This document shows positions 22,386-33,701 of a stretch of DNA of 64,000 nucleotides, in pieces. The notes beneath the pieces were generated by a model, which worked only from the letters and a program-made list of their open reading frames with translations, was not told where the DNA came from and searched no databases. Numbering within the stretch: position 1 is the stretch's first letter; each line of letters begins with the position of its first letter. The DNA lies in the NCBI GenBank assembly GCA_963712105.1, contig CAVQGR010000014.1:39546-103545 (forward strand), given 5' to 3'. The stretch is from an uncultured beta proteobacterium. Its GTDB lineage: Bacteria; Pseudomonadota; Gammaproteobacteria; Burkholderiales; Casimicrobiaceae. The position numbers were made by a program, and so were the translations under genes.

Positions 22386-23588
22386 ATGGAAGTACTCAAG
22401 TCCAGCTCCGACACGCTGTTCATACTGCTGGGCGCCATCATGGTGCTGGCGATGCATGCGGGCTTCGCGTTTCTCGAACTCGGCACCGTGCGCAAGAAAA
22501 ACCAGGTCAATGCGCTGGTCAAGATCCTGGTCGATTTCGCGGTGTCGACGATCGCCTATTTCTTCATCGGCTTCGCGATCGCCTACGGCACGACATTCTT
22601 CACCGGCGCGGAGTCGCTGGCGCAGAAGAACGGCTACGAAATGGTGCGCTTCTTCTTCCTGCTTACCTTCGCCGCGGCGATTCCCGCAATCGTGTCGGGA
22701 GGTATTGCCGAGCGCGCGCGGTTCAATCCGCAACTGGCGGCAACGTTTGCGTTGGTTGGCTTCTGCTATCCGTTCTTCGAAGGCATCGCCTGGAACCAGC
22801 AATACGGCATCCAGGGGATGATCAAGGCCGCCTTTGGCGAGGAATTCCACGATTTCGCCGGCAGCGTCGTCGTGCACGCCTTCGGCGGCTGGGTTGCCCT
22901 GGTCGCAGTGATGCTGCTGGGACCGCGGCGCGGCCGTTATTCGAAGGAGGGTGGCGTTGCTGCGCACCCGCCGTCATCGATTCCCTTCCTGGCGCTCGGC
23001 GCGTGGATCCTCACGGTCGGCTGGTTCGGCTTCAACGTGATGAGCGCGCAGACGCTGGACAAGATTTCGGGCCTGGTGGCCATGAACTCGCTGCTGGCAA
23101 TGTCCGGCGGCACCATCGCGGCGTTCCTTGCCGGCCGCAACGACCCGGGCTTTGTCCACAACGGCCCGCTGGCTGGCCTGGTCGCGGTCTGCGCCGGTTC
23201 CGACGTCATGCATCCGCTGGGTGCGCTGGCCACTGGATTGGTGGCGGGCGCGCTGTTCGTCTGGCTGTTCACGCTGACGCAAAACCGGCTGAAGATCGAC
23301 GACGTGCTTGGCGTCTGGCCGCTGCACGGGGTCTGCGGCGCCTGGGGCGGGCTGGCCGCGGGCATTTTCGGCGCCAAGGCGCTGGGCGGGCTGGGTGGTG
23401 TGGCCTTTGGCGCACAGTTGGCCGGCACGGCGCTCGGTGTAACCGTCGCCGTCCTCTCCGGCCTGATCGTCTACGGCGCGCTCAAGGCGGCGGTTGGACT
23501 GCGCCTCGATCCGGAGGAGGAATTCAACGGCGCCGACCTCACCATCCACCGCACGTCAGCGACCCCGGAGCGTGAAGTGTCCTGGTGA
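22386..23588 (+). CDS. amt: Ammonium transporter (Amt family)
   Basis: An 11-TM type protein with AMHAGFAFLELG, the conserved histidine segment VVHAFGGWVALV, and WPLHGVCGAWGG. Confidence 0.93.
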   Translation: MEVLKSSSDTLFILLGAIMVLAMHAGFAFLELGTVRKKNQVNALVKILVDFAVSTIAYFFIGFAIAYGTTFFTGAESLAQKNGYEMVRFFFLLTFAAAIPAIVSGGIAERARFNPQLAATFALVGFCYPFFEGIAWNQQYGIQGMIKAAFGEEFHDFAGSVVVHAFGGWVALVAVMLLGPRRGRYSKEGGVAAHPPSSIPFLALGAWILTVGWFGFNVMSAQTLDKISGLVAMNSLLAMSGGTIAAFLAGRNDPGFVHNGPLAGLVAVCAGSDVMHPLGALATGLVAGALFVWLFTLTQNRLKIDDVLGVWPLHGVCGAWGGLAAGIFGAKALGGLGGVAFGAQLAGTALGVTVAVLSGLIVYGALKAAVGLRLDPEEEFNGADLTIHRTSATPEREVSW

Positions 23589-23663
23589 CCGGCTGTCGCG
23601 TGGGCAGCGCGTGGAATCGGCGATAATACGAGGTTGCCCATTCCAAAACACCTAGCGTTGCAC

Positions 23664-24701
23664 ATGTCCATTTCGTCATCCAACGGTTTGGTCGCCGATT
23701 TCGTTCCCCTGACCGAGATCGCGCGCGCGGACGTCGTCGAAAGCGTACATGCTGGGGCGGTGGCCGTCGTCGATCGTGCCGGCAAGCTGCTCTACACCGC
23801 GGGCAACGCAGCCAGATTGACCTTTGCACGCAGCGCGTTGAAGCCGTTTCAGGCGCTGCCCTTTGTTGCGGCCGGCGGGGTCGAGCGCTATGGATTGGCA
23901 CCTGTGGAGGTCGCGCTGCTGTGCGCCAGCCACTCCGGCGAAGACCACCATGTCCAGGCGGCTGCCGCCATTCTGGCCAAGGCCGGAAACCGGGAACAGG
24001 ACCTGCAATGTGGCGCGCATGCGCCGGGGCACTATGCGGTCAGCGGCGTGTTGCCGCCGCCGCCACCCTATTCGCCGCTCGCCCACAACTGTTCGGGGAA
24101 GCACGCCGGGATGCTGGCGCATTGCGCTGCCTGCGGTCACGACAAGCACGACTACCTCGACAGCGGACATCCGCTGCAGGTAGAGATCCGTGACGCAGTC
24201 GCGCGATTCACCTCGGTCCCGGCGCAACAGCTGGCCAGCGGTACCGACGGCTGTTCGGCGCCCACCTATGCGATGCCGCTGGCACGGCTGGCGCAGGCCT
24301 ACGCGCGCTTGGCGACCGCGGACGTCGACGCCGACTATGGCGAGGCGCCGCGGCGCCTTGCCGATGCGATGCGCGCGCACCCGGAAATGGTATCCGGAGA
24401 AGGCCGCATGGACCTCGCGTTGGCCAGGGCCGGCCGCGGGGATTGGCTGCCCAAGTCGGGGGCCGAAGGTGTCCAGACCATTGGCGTTCGCAGCCGCGGC
24501 TGGGGCATTGCGGTAAAAGTCGCGGACGGCAATCCCCGAGGCCTGCAGCCGGCGGTCGTGGCAGTTCTCGACCAGCTGGGACTTGTCGATGCCCCAGCAA
24601 GGGCGGCGCTGGCGGCGTTCGAAGCGCCGGTTCAGCGAAATTACCGGCAATTGCCGACGGGAAATGCCCGTGCGGTCGTTGTCCTGGACAAAATTGGCTA
24701 A
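23664..24701 (+). CDS. Asparaginase-II family (PF06089-like) protein
   Basis: ADVVESVHAGAVAVVDRAGKLLY, ARSALKPFQALPFV and LCASHSGEDHHV match the L-asparaginase II family pattern. I prefer the ATG at 23664 over the TTG at 23634. Confidence 0.75.
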   Translation: MSISSSNGLVADFVPLTEIARADVVESVHAGAVAVVDRAGKLLYTAGNAARLTFARSALKPFQALPFVAAGGVERYGLAPVEVALLCASHSGEDHHVQAAAAILAKAGNREQDLQCGAHAPGHYAVSGVLPPPPPYSPLAHNCSGKHAGMLAHCAACGHDKHDYLDSGHPLQVEIRDAVARFTSVPAQQLASGTDGCSAPTYAMPLARLAQAYARLATADVDADYGEAPRRLADAMRAHPEMVSGEGRMDLALARAGRGDWLPKSGAEGVQTIGVRSRGWGIAVKVADGNPRGLQPAVVAVLDQLGLVDAPARAALAAFEAPVQRNYRQLPTGNARAVVVLDKIG

Positions 24702-24752
24702 CCCGCCGATTTCCATTGCCTCGAACAACCGACCGCGACGCCCGCTGCAAAT

Positions 24753-24780
24753 GAACTTAACCCCTCGTCAAGAGTCTGTA
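24753..24780 (+). promoter_or_regulatory. Sigma-E/AlgU-type promoter upstream of rpoE
   Basis: GAACTT (24753-24758), a 16-nt spacer, then TCTGTA (24775-24780). This fits the ECF sigma-E/AlgU consensus GAACTT-N16/17-TCtgA, about 120 nt upstream of the rpoE ATG. Confidence 0.55.
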
Positions 24781-24900
24781 TTTGCAAGCGTGGGCCGCAA
24801 CCGCCGCGGGGTCAGCAAGCCGCTCGGCAAGGCTGCAACGTCGGCCCTCGCACCCTCCGTTCGGCGGGATAACAACAAATGAACCAGGGAATACCCGCGG

Positions 24901-25500
24901 ATGGGTGATCGGGAAGTCGATCAGCAGCTTGTTGAGCGGGCACAGCGTGGCGACAAGCGTGCCTTCGAGCTGCTGGTGTTGAAGTACCAGCGCAAGCTGC
25001 ATCGGCTGCTCTCGCGGCTGGTGCGCGACCCGGCCGAGGTCGAGGACGTGGCGCAGGAAGCCTTCATCAAGGCCTATCGCGCGCTTCCGAGCTTTCGTGG
25101 CGACAGTGCGTTCTACACGTGGCTGTATCGCATTGCGATCAACACGGCGAAGAACTACCTGGTCGCGCTGGGTCGAAGGGCGCCTACATCGACGTCGTTT
25201 GACAACGAGGAGGCGGAAGGGTTCGAGGATGCGGAGCAGCTGCGCAACAGTGCGACACCGGAAGACGAACTGGCTGGCAAGCAGATTGCGGCGACGGTGA
25301 ACCGCGCGATGGATGCACTGCCTGAAGATTTGCGCAAGGCAATCACGCTGCGTGAAATCGAAGGCTTGAGTTACGAGGAAATTGCCAGTGTCATGAATTG
25401 TCCGATCGGCACTGTGCGATCGCGAATCTTTAGGGCGCGCGAGGCGATCGCCACTGAATTGCGCCCGCAGCTTGGTACCGACGAAAACCGGAGATGGTGA
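24901..25500 (+). CDS. rpoE: ECF RNA polymerase sigma factor sigma-E (AlgU/RpoE)
   Basis: DQQLVERAQRGDKRAFELLVLKYQRKL...DVAQEAFIKAYRAL is near-canonical RpoE. It is followed by an anti-sigma gene and mucB. Confidence 0.95.
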   Translation: MGDREVDQQLVERAQRGDKRAFELLVLKYQRKLHRLLSRLVRDPAEVEDVAQEAFIKAYRALPSFRGDSAFYTWLYRIAINTAKNYLVALGRRAPTSTSFDNEEAEGFEDAEQLRNSATPEDELAGKQIAATVNRAMDALPEDLRKAITLREIEGLSYEEIASVMNCPIGTVRSRIFRAREAIATELRPQLGTDENRRW

Positions 25501-26009
25501 TGAACGAGAACATTTCGCGCCTGATGGACGGCGAGCTCGACGATGACGAGTTCGCCCGTCACTATGCCGACCTTCGCGAACAGGACGCGCTGCGTACCTG
25601 GACCTGCTACCACCTGATCGGTGACCACCTGCGCGGCGCGCCTGCGGCAGCGAGCGGGTTTTCCGTCCGCTTTGCCGCGGCGCTGGCGAACGAGCCGACC
25701 GTGCTGGCACCGGCGCTGAAGAGTGTCCGCGCCGAACGCCCGGCGGCCTTCGCCTGGGCGGTGGCGGCAACGCTGGCGGCAATCACCGTCGTCGGCTGGA
25801 CAGCGTTCTCGATGGTCGAATTGCCGCCGGGCGCCGTGGCGACCGCCCGCGAGGCCTCGTCGGTGCGCTCCGCGCAGGTCGCACCGCCCATGCCGGTACC
25901 GACGGATTACGTGCTCGCGCACCAGGAATACTCGCCGGCGGCCGCGATCCAAGGCGGCCGGCCGTTCGTACGTGCGGTAGTCACAACCGGCGGGGAGCCA
26001 CGCCAGTGA
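25494..26009 (+). CDS. rseA: Anti-sigma-E factor (RseA/MucA-like)
   Basis: N-terminal NENISRLMDGELDDDE motif and a single central TM helix. It overlaps the rpoE stop. Confidence 0.8.
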   Translation: MVMNENISRLMDGELDDDEFARHYADLREQDALRTWTCYHLIGDHLRGAPAAASGFSVRFAAALANEPTVLAPALKSVRAERPAAFAWAVAATLAAITVVGWTAFSMVELPPGAVATAREASSVRSAQVAPPMPVPTDYVLAHQEYSPAAAIQGGRPFVRAVVTTGGEPRQ

Positions 26010-26022
26010 GCCGCACCAAGTC

Positions 26023-27024
26023 ATGAGATTGCTTACGTCGATAGTCACCGGCGTCCCTGCTCGCGCCGGGTTCATGGCGGGCCTTTGCGGCGCGCTCGTC
26101 GCGACGCCGGCGGTTGCGGCGCCGGAGGCTCCATCCGAAGCGATGCAATGGCTTGCCCGGGCGGCGCAGGCTGCACGCTCGCTCAATTACACGGGTACGA
26201 TCGTCTACCAGTCCGGCGGCCGGGTGGAAACATGGCGCCTGGTGCACCAGAACGAGGGCGGGATCGAACTGGAAAAACTCACCAGTCTCGACGGACCGGC
26301 GCGCGAGGTCATTCGCAGCGCCGAGGAGGTCCGCTATTTCTACCCGGAGGCCAAATTGGTCCGGGTCGAGCCGAGGACGTTTCGCAACGTCTTCCCTTCG
26401 CTGTCTGCCGATCAGGTACGCAACCTGACGCATTACTACAACTATCGCGCCGTGTCCGGGGAGCGGATCGCCGGACACGCGGCGCGGATCGTCGCCTTCG
26501 AACCGAAGGACGGGTTGCGCTATGGACACAAGTTCTGGTCCGATACTGCCACCGGACTTCTGCTCAAAGCGCAGTTGCTGAACGAAAAAGGCGAGGTGGT
26601 CGAGCAATTCTCCTTCACCGATGTAGCGGTCAACGCCAGGATCGATCGCGACATGGTCAAGCCATCCTTCCCGCCGGTTCCGGCTGACTGGGAGGTCCGC
26701 GAAAGTTCGCGCAACGACGTGGCAAACGACGACACCGGCTGGGCCGTAAGCCGACTGCCTCCGGGATTTGCCAAGATCATGGAAGGCTATCGCAAGCTGC
26801 GCGGCAAGCGTGAGCCGGTGGCTCATATCGTCTTTTCCGACGGCCTGGTCGCGGTCAGTGTATTCATCGAGCCGATGAACGTCACCCAGACCCAGATCGG
26901 TTTGTCGCGGCAGGGCGGTCTCAATATCTACACGCTGCGCAACGACGCCTTCCTGGTGACCGTCCTGGGCGAGGTGCCTCCGGTCACGATCCGGCAGATC
27001 GCCCAGTCCGTGGCGCGTCGCTAG
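26023..27024 (+). CDS. rseB: Sigma-E regulatory protein MucB/RseB
   Basis: A signal peptide is followed by WLARAAQAARSLNYTGTIVYQSGGRVETWRLVH, which matches the MucB_RseB family. Confidence 0.85.
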   Translation: MRLLTSIVTGVPARAGFMAGLCGALVATPAVAAPEAPSEAMQWLARAAQAARSLNYTGTIVYQSGGRVETWRLVHQNEGGIELEKLTSLDGPAREVIRSAEEVRYFYPEAKLVRVEPRTFRNVFPSLSADQVRNLTHYYNYRAVSGERIAGHAARIVAFEPKDGLRYGHKFWSDTATGLLLKAQLLNEKGEVVEQFSFTDVAVNARIDRDMVKPSFPPVPADWEVRESSRNDVANDDTGWAVSRLPPGFAKIMEGYRKLRGKREPVAHIVFSDGLVAVSVFIEPMNVTQTQIGLSRQGGLNIYTLRNDAFLVTVLGEVPPVTIRQIAQSVARR

Positions 27025-27100
27025 CTTCGCCAGGTGCCTTGCGCTTGCCTATTTCCGCTCCTATCTACGCCTTGAACTTCCCGATTCAACGAGGACCTAC

Positions 27101-28555
27101 ATGCTGATGCAATCGAATTCGTTTCGTGGTGCGGTGGGCGCCACCCTTGTCGCCCTGCTTGCCGCCGGATTCGCGCCGTTCGCCGGCGCGCAGGCCCGGG
27201 GTGGCTTCCTGCCCGATTTCACCGAGTTGTACGAGAGGAACGGGCCAGCCGTCGTTTCTATCGACGTGACGCAGAAGGCGAGGCGCCCCCGCGGAATGCC
27301 CGAGCTTTCGGAAGACGATCCGTTCTACGAATTCTTCCGCCGCTTCGGCCAGGTGCCGCCGCGGCGCGGACCGGAGCGCGATCCCGAGCCGCAGGCGGTG
27401 GGTTCCGGCTTCATCATCGGCAGCGACGGGCACGTGCTGACCAACGCGCACGTGGTCGACGGCGCCGACGAAGTGACCGTCAAGCTGTCCGACAAGCGGG
27501 AATACAAGGCCAAGGTGCTCGGCGCCGACAAGCGCACCGACATCGCGCTGCTCAAAATCGACGCTCGCGACCTGCCCAAGGTCACCATCGGTGACCCGGA
27601 CAAGCTGCGGGTCGGCGAATGGGTGGTGGCGATCGGCAAGCCCTTCGGGCTGGAGAACACCATGACCGCCGGCATCGTCAGCGCCAAGGGCCGCGACCTG
27701 CCGCAGGAGAATCTGGTGCCGTTCATCCAGACCGATGTCGCGATCAACCCCGGCAATTCCGGTGGGCCGCTGTTCAACATGAAGGGCGAGGTCGTCGGCA
27801 TCAATTCGCTGATCTATTCGCGCACCGGCGGCTACATGGGGCTCGCCTTCGCGATTCCCATCGACGTGGCCATGAACACGGCATCGCAGCTGAAGGACAA
27901 GGGCCGCGTCACGCGCGGGCGCATCGGCGTGCAGATCCAGACGGTGACCAAGGAAGAGGCCTCCGGCTTCGGCCTCGACTCGGCGCGTGGCGCGCTGGTC
28001 AACGGGGTCGAGAAGGACGGGCCGGCTGCCAAGGCGGGCATTGAGGTCGGCGACATCATCCTCAAGGTTGACGGTCGCGACGTGAAGAACTCCACCGAGC
28101 TTCCGCGGATCATCACCGCCGTGCGCCCGGGGACCAAGATCAACCTTACCGTCTGGCGCAAGGGTGCGCAGAAGGAACTCGCGGTTACGGTTGGCGAAAT
28201 GAAGGAAGACGCGGCGGCGCTGCCGCAGCGCGGCGGAGCCCCGACGCCGAAGGAAAAGGCCAAGCCGAACCGGATGGGTCTGTCGCTTGCCGACCTCACC
28301 GACGAGCAGAAAAAGGAACTCGAGGTCAAGGCCGGCGTGCTGATCGAGGACATCGCACCGAGCGTGCGCGGCAACGTCCAGCCGGGCGACGTGATACTGG
28401 CCATCGTCAATCGCGGCATCTCGATCGAAACCAGGAGCGTGGCGCAAGTCAACGAATTCGTCGCCAAACTCGACAAGGGCGCCTCGGTCACCCTTCAACT
28501 GAAGCGCGGCGGGCAGCAGTTCTTTTCCACGTTGCGCGTGAACAACGGCGAATGA
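27101..28555 (+). CDS. degP: Do/DegP/MucD-family periplasmic serine endoprotease
   Basis: A signal peptide and the catalytic triad context (TNAHVV, DIALLKI, GNSGGPLFN), followed by two PDZ-like regions. Confidence 0.93.
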   Translation: MLMQSNSFRGAVGATLVALLAAGFAPFAGAQARGGFLPDFTELYERNGPAVVSIDVTQKARRPRGMPELSEDDPFYEFFRRFGQVPPRRGPERDPEPQAVGSGFIIGSDGHVLTNAHVVDGADEVTVKLSDKREYKAKVLGADKRTDIALLKIDARDLPKVTIGDPDKLRVGEWVVAIGKPFGLENTMTAGIVSAKGRDLPQENLVPFIQTDVAINPGNSGGPLFNMKGEVVGINSLIYSRTGGYMGLAFAIPIDVAMNTASQLKDKGRVTRGRIGVQIQTVTKEEASGFGLDSARGALVNGVEKDGPAAKAGIEVGDIILKVDGRDVKNSTELPRIITAVRPGTKINLTVWRKGAQKELAVTVGEMKEDAAALPQRGGAPTPKEKAKPNRMGLSLADLTDEQKKELEVKAGVLIEDIAPSVRGNVQPGDVILAIVNRGISIETRSVAQVNEFVAKLDKGASVTLQLKRGGQQFFSTLRVNNGE

Positions 28556-28824
28556 CGGCTTCGGCGGGAGTGGGACCGAAGCTGACCCTGCTCTCGCGCG
28601 CCTACTGCCATCTCTGCGACGACATGCGCGACGCGCTGGAACCCATTGCCCGGCGCCATGGCGCGAACGTGGTCGAGCTGGACGTGGATGCCGATCCCGC
28701 GCTGGAACGCGTTTTTGGCGAGCGGGTGCCGGTTCTGCTGCTCGGCCCGGTCGAGGCCGCGGTCGAACTGGCGGTGTTTCATCTGGATCCGGCGACGGTC
28801 GAGGCGGCCTTGAAGCGGCGCTGA
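28552..28824 (+). CDS. Glutaredoxin-like small protein (DUF836-type)
   Basis: A 90-aa protein with LTLLSRAYCHLCDDM, a CxxC motif in a thioredoxin-fold context. Its start forms an ATGA overlap with the degP stop. Confidence 0.65.
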   Translation: MTASAGVGPKLTLLSRAYCHLCDDMRDALEPIARRHGANVVELDVDADPALERVFGERVPVLLLGPVEAAVELAVFHLDPATVEAALKRR

Positions 28825-28929
28825 CGCGATTGTCCGCCGCGAATTCGCTTCCGTGGGCGAAATGCGCTAAAATTCAAAGGTTTCCGATAACATTCCCGCG
28901 GTCCGGCCCCTGTGTCGGACGCGCCTTTC

Positions 28930-28959
28930 GGGCACTTGCGGGTGCCCTTTCCATTTTTC
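28930..28959 (+). terminator. Intrinsic-terminator-like hairpin plus T-tract immediately upstream of the lepA start
   Basis: GGGCAC-TTGCGG-GTGCCC (6-bp stem) is followed by TTTCCATTTTT. The element ends about 10 nt before the lepA GTG at 28970. Confidence 0.4.
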
Positions 28960-28969
28960 AGGCAGTCCC

Positions 28970-30763
<1,794 letters not shown>

Positions 30764-30868
30764 TCGAAACGCCGAAGTGGTAGTCCGGAAGGCGGCCTGG
30801 CCCAAACCGGCGCATGGCACAATTCGCCGGCCCTACGATCCAACCCCGACCCGAACCCATCGAAATCC

Positions 30869-31699
30869 ATGAATTTCGCGCTGATACTTTTCCTGCTGAC
30901 GCTGGCCACCGGGATCCTCTGGCTGGTTGACCGCGCCTATTTTGCCCGACGCCGCGCGCCGGACGCGCCGGAGCCGGCATGGGTGGAGTACGCGGCCAGC
31001 TTCTTTCCGGTGCTTCTGGTGGTGTTCCTGCTGCGCTCCTTCATCGCCGAGCCGTTCAAGATCCCCTCGTCGTCGATGCGGCCGACGCTGGAGGTAGGCG
31101 ACTTCATCCTGGTCAACAAGTACACCTACGGGCTGCGCCTGCCGATCATCGAGAAGAAATTCATTCCGGTGGGAGATCCGCAGCGCGGCGATGTCGTCGT
31201 CTTCCGCTATCCGGTCAATCCGACGCAGGACTTCATCAAGCGCGTCGTCGGCGTTGGTGGCGACACGGTGGTCTACCGCGACAAGGAACTGACCGTCAAC
31301 GGCAAGCCGCTGCCGCAACGCCGCGACGGGACCTACAGCTATGTGGACGATGGGTTGCGATTCGAGACGCTCGACAAGGCAATCGAGACCGCCAACCCGC
31401 CTCCGGGACCGCACGCATATACGATCGGGATGAGCCCCAGGTCGGCCCCAGTCTATCCTCAGAACGTCCGGCCGTATCCGGGGCGTGAGAATTGCGAATA
31501 CAATGACCACGGATTTTCCTGCAAGGTGCCGGCGGGACACTATTTCGTGATGGGCGACAATCGCGACAACAGCGACGACAGCCGCTACTGGGGATTCGTC
31601 CCGGACGACCATATCCGGGGCCGCGCCTTTTTCATCTGGTTCAACTGGGACGATATTTCGAGCTTCGCGTTCAAACGGGTCGGCAGCGGGATCCGCTAG
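30869..31699 (+). CDS. lepB: Signal peptidase I
   Basis: Catalytic serine motif IPSSSMRPTL, the lysine box, and GDNRDNSDDSRYWGFVP. Confidence 0.95.
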   Translation: MNFALILFLLTLATGILWLVDRAYFARRRAPDAPEPAWVEYAASFFPVLLVVFLLRSFIAEPFKIPSSSMRPTLEVGDFILVNKYTYGLRLPIIEKKFIPVGDPQRGDVVVFRYPVNPTQDFIKRVVGVGGDTVVYRDKELTVNGKPLPQRRDGTYSYVDDGLRFETLDKAIETANPPPGPHAYTIGMSPRSAPVYPQNVRPYPGRENCEYNDHGFSCKVPAGHYFVMGDNRDNSDDSRYWGFVPDDHIRGRAFFIWFNWDDISSFAFKRVGSGIR

Positions 31700-31725
31700 G
31701 TTCGCGAAGCGAGTCGGGGAGGCAC

Positions 31726-32085
31726 ATGGCAATGCGAGCTTCGCAACGCGGGCTGTCGATGGTTGGATTCCTGTTCGTGTCCACGGTTCTGGTGATCGTG
31801 GCGCTGCTGACGTTCAGGATGCTGCCCTCGTACATCGAGCACTACACCATACAGCGGGCGCTCGAGGGCGCGCTAGCCGATTCCAACGATCTCTCGGTCG
31901 CCAACATCCGTCGCTTGATGGATCGGCGCCTGGCCGCCGACTATGCCGACGCCGTGCAGGGCAAGGACGTGGAAGTCAGCAAGTTGGGCAATTCCATCAC
32001 TGCCTCGGTTGCCTGGGAACAGAAACTGCATGTCGTCGGCAACGTGAACCTGTTGCTGGAGTTCCAGGCCGAGGCGACGCGCTAG
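31726..32085 (+). CDS. DUF4845-like small membrane-anchored protein
   Basis: A 119-aa protein with an N-terminal TM helix (GLSMVGFLFVSTVLVIVALL). It occupies the conserved slot between lepB and rnc. Confidence 0.6.
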   Translation: MAMRASQRGLSMVGFLFVSTVLVIVALLTFRMLPSYIEHYTIQRALEGALADSNDLSVANIRRLMDRRLAADYADAVQGKDVEVSKLGNSITASVAWEQKLHVVGNVNLLLEFQAEATR

Positions 32086-32099
32086 CCGGCGCCCACCGC

Positions 32100-32795
32100 A
32101 TGGCCGCGCCGCTGCGCGAGCGACTTGGGTACGCATTTCGCGAACCCGACCTGTTGCGACAAGCGCTCACCCATCGCAGTTTCAGCAGTGCGCACAACGA
32201 GCGACTCGAATTCGTCGGTGACGCGGTCCTGAACTGCGCGATCGGGCTGTCGCTATACGAACGCTTTCCCTCGCTGGACGAAGGCGAGCTGTCGCGCATC
32301 CGGGCGAGCCTGGTCAGCCAGCCCATGCTGGCGACGGTCGCGCGGCAACTGAACCTGGCCGACGACCTGCGTCTTGGCGACGGCGAGGTGCGCAGTGGCG
32401 GCGCCGACCGGCCGTCGATCCTCGCCGATGCCCTCGAGGCGGTGTTCGGCAGCGTCTTCCTCGACGGAGGCTTTGATGCGGCGCGCGCCGTTGTCGCCAA
32501 CTGTTTCGGCGAAATCCTGAGCAATCTCGACCCGGCAGCGCAGAACAAGGATCCCAAGACCCGACTGCAGGAGCTGCTGCAGGCGCGGCGCCTGCCGGTG
32601 CCGGAGTATGCGGTGCACGCGGTGTCGGGCGAACCGCATGCGCAGTCGTTCGAAGTCGAGTGCCGCATTCCGTCGCTGGCGATAGCCACCCGGGGAACGG
32701 GCGGCAGCCGCCGGGCTGCCGAGCAGGCGGCAGCCGAGGCCGCGGAGCGCCTCGCGGCCGGCACAGCAGAGGGACAGCGCCGTGGCGGCAACTGA
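32100..32795 (+). CDS. rnc: Ribonuclease III
   Basis: RNase III signature NERLEFVGDAVLN plus a C-terminal dsRBD. Confidence 0.95.
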   Translation: MAAPLRERLGYAFREPDLLRQALTHRSFSSAHNERLEFVGDAVLNCAIGLSLYERFPSLDEGELSRIRASLVSQPMLATVARQLNLADDLRLGDGEVRSGGADRPSILADALEAVFGSVFLDGGFDAARAVVANCFGEILSNLDPAAQNKDPKTRLQELLQARRLPVPEYAVHAVSGEPHAQSFEVECRIPSLAIATRGTGGSRRAAEQAAAEAAERLAAGTAEGQRRGGN

Positions 32796-33687
32796 ACCCA
32801 CGGCCGCGCCGGCTCACCGCTGCGGGCACGTGGCCATCGTCGGTCGACCCAGCGTGGGCAAGTCCACGCTGCTCAATGCGCTGATCGGACAGAAAATCAG
32901 CATCACGTCGAAAAAGCCGCAAACCACGCGCCACCGGATCATGGGCATTGTCAACACGCCCGATGCGCAGTGTGTGTTCGTCGATACACCGGGTTTCCAG
33001 ACGCGCCACCGTTCCCGGCTCAACGACCGGCTCAATCGATCGGTGCGCGAGAGCCTCACCGGCGTAGACGCGGTACTGCTGGTGCTCGACGCGACGCGAA
33101 TCATCGGGGCCGACCGTGAAGTGGTTGCCTTGCTGCCGCCGGACATTGCGGTCATCGCCGCGGTCAACAAGATCGACCTGGTCGCCGACAAATCGGCGCT
33201 GCTGCCGCGGTTGGCGGAGGTGTCCGGATTGCGGCCGTTTGCGGCCATCGTGCCGGTATCGGCGGACCGCGGGACGCAGTTGCCGGAATTGCTGGCGGCA
33301 ATCGTCCATGAATTGCCGCCCGGGGTGGCGCTGTATCCGGCGGACGACCTCACCGACCGCGACGAGCGCTTTCTCGCCGCCGAATTCATCCGGGAGAAGA
33401 TCTTCCGCCTGCTTGGTGACGAAGTACCCTATGCGACGACCGTCGGCATCGACAGCTTCGCCCAGGAAGGTGCGTTGCGACGCATCCTCGCTACCGTGTA
33501 CGTCGACAAGCCCGGACAGCGTGCGATTCTGCTGGGGGAAGGCGGCGCGCGGATGAAGTCCATCGCCTCGCAGGCGCGCTCGGACATGGAGCGCCTCTTC
33601 GGCGGCAAGGTCTACCTCGAGGTCTGGGTGCGCGTGAAAAGCGGCTGGGCCAGCACCGACGCGTCGCTCACGCGCTTCGGGTACTAG
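32782..33687 (+). CDS. era: GTPase Era
   Basis: G1 motif VAIVGRPSVGKSTLLNAL, DTPG, NKID, and a C-terminal KH domain. The GTG start overlaps the rnc end. Confidence 0.95.
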   Translation: MAATEPTAAPAHRCGHVAIVGRPSVGKSTLLNALIGQKISITSKKPQTTRHRIMGIVNTPDAQCVFVDTPGFQTRHRSRLNDRLNRSVRESLTGVDAVLLVLDATRIIGADREVVALLPPDIAVIAAVNKIDLVADKSALLPRLAEVSGLRPFAAIVPVSADRGTQLPELLAAIVHELPPGVALYPADDLTDRDERFLAAEFIREKIFRLLGDEVPYATTVGIDSFAQEGALRRILATVYVDKPGQRAILLGEGGARMKSIASQARSDMERLFGGKVYLEVWVRVKSGWASTDASLTRFGY

Positions 33688-33701
33688 GCCGGATCATTGC
33701 C

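Noticed and set aside
27074-27079. A GAACTT hexamer upstream of degP as a second sigma-E promoter.
   Set aside because: It lies only 22 nt from the degP ATG. A -10 element at the correct spacing would overlap the start codon, and no TCnnA motif is present there.
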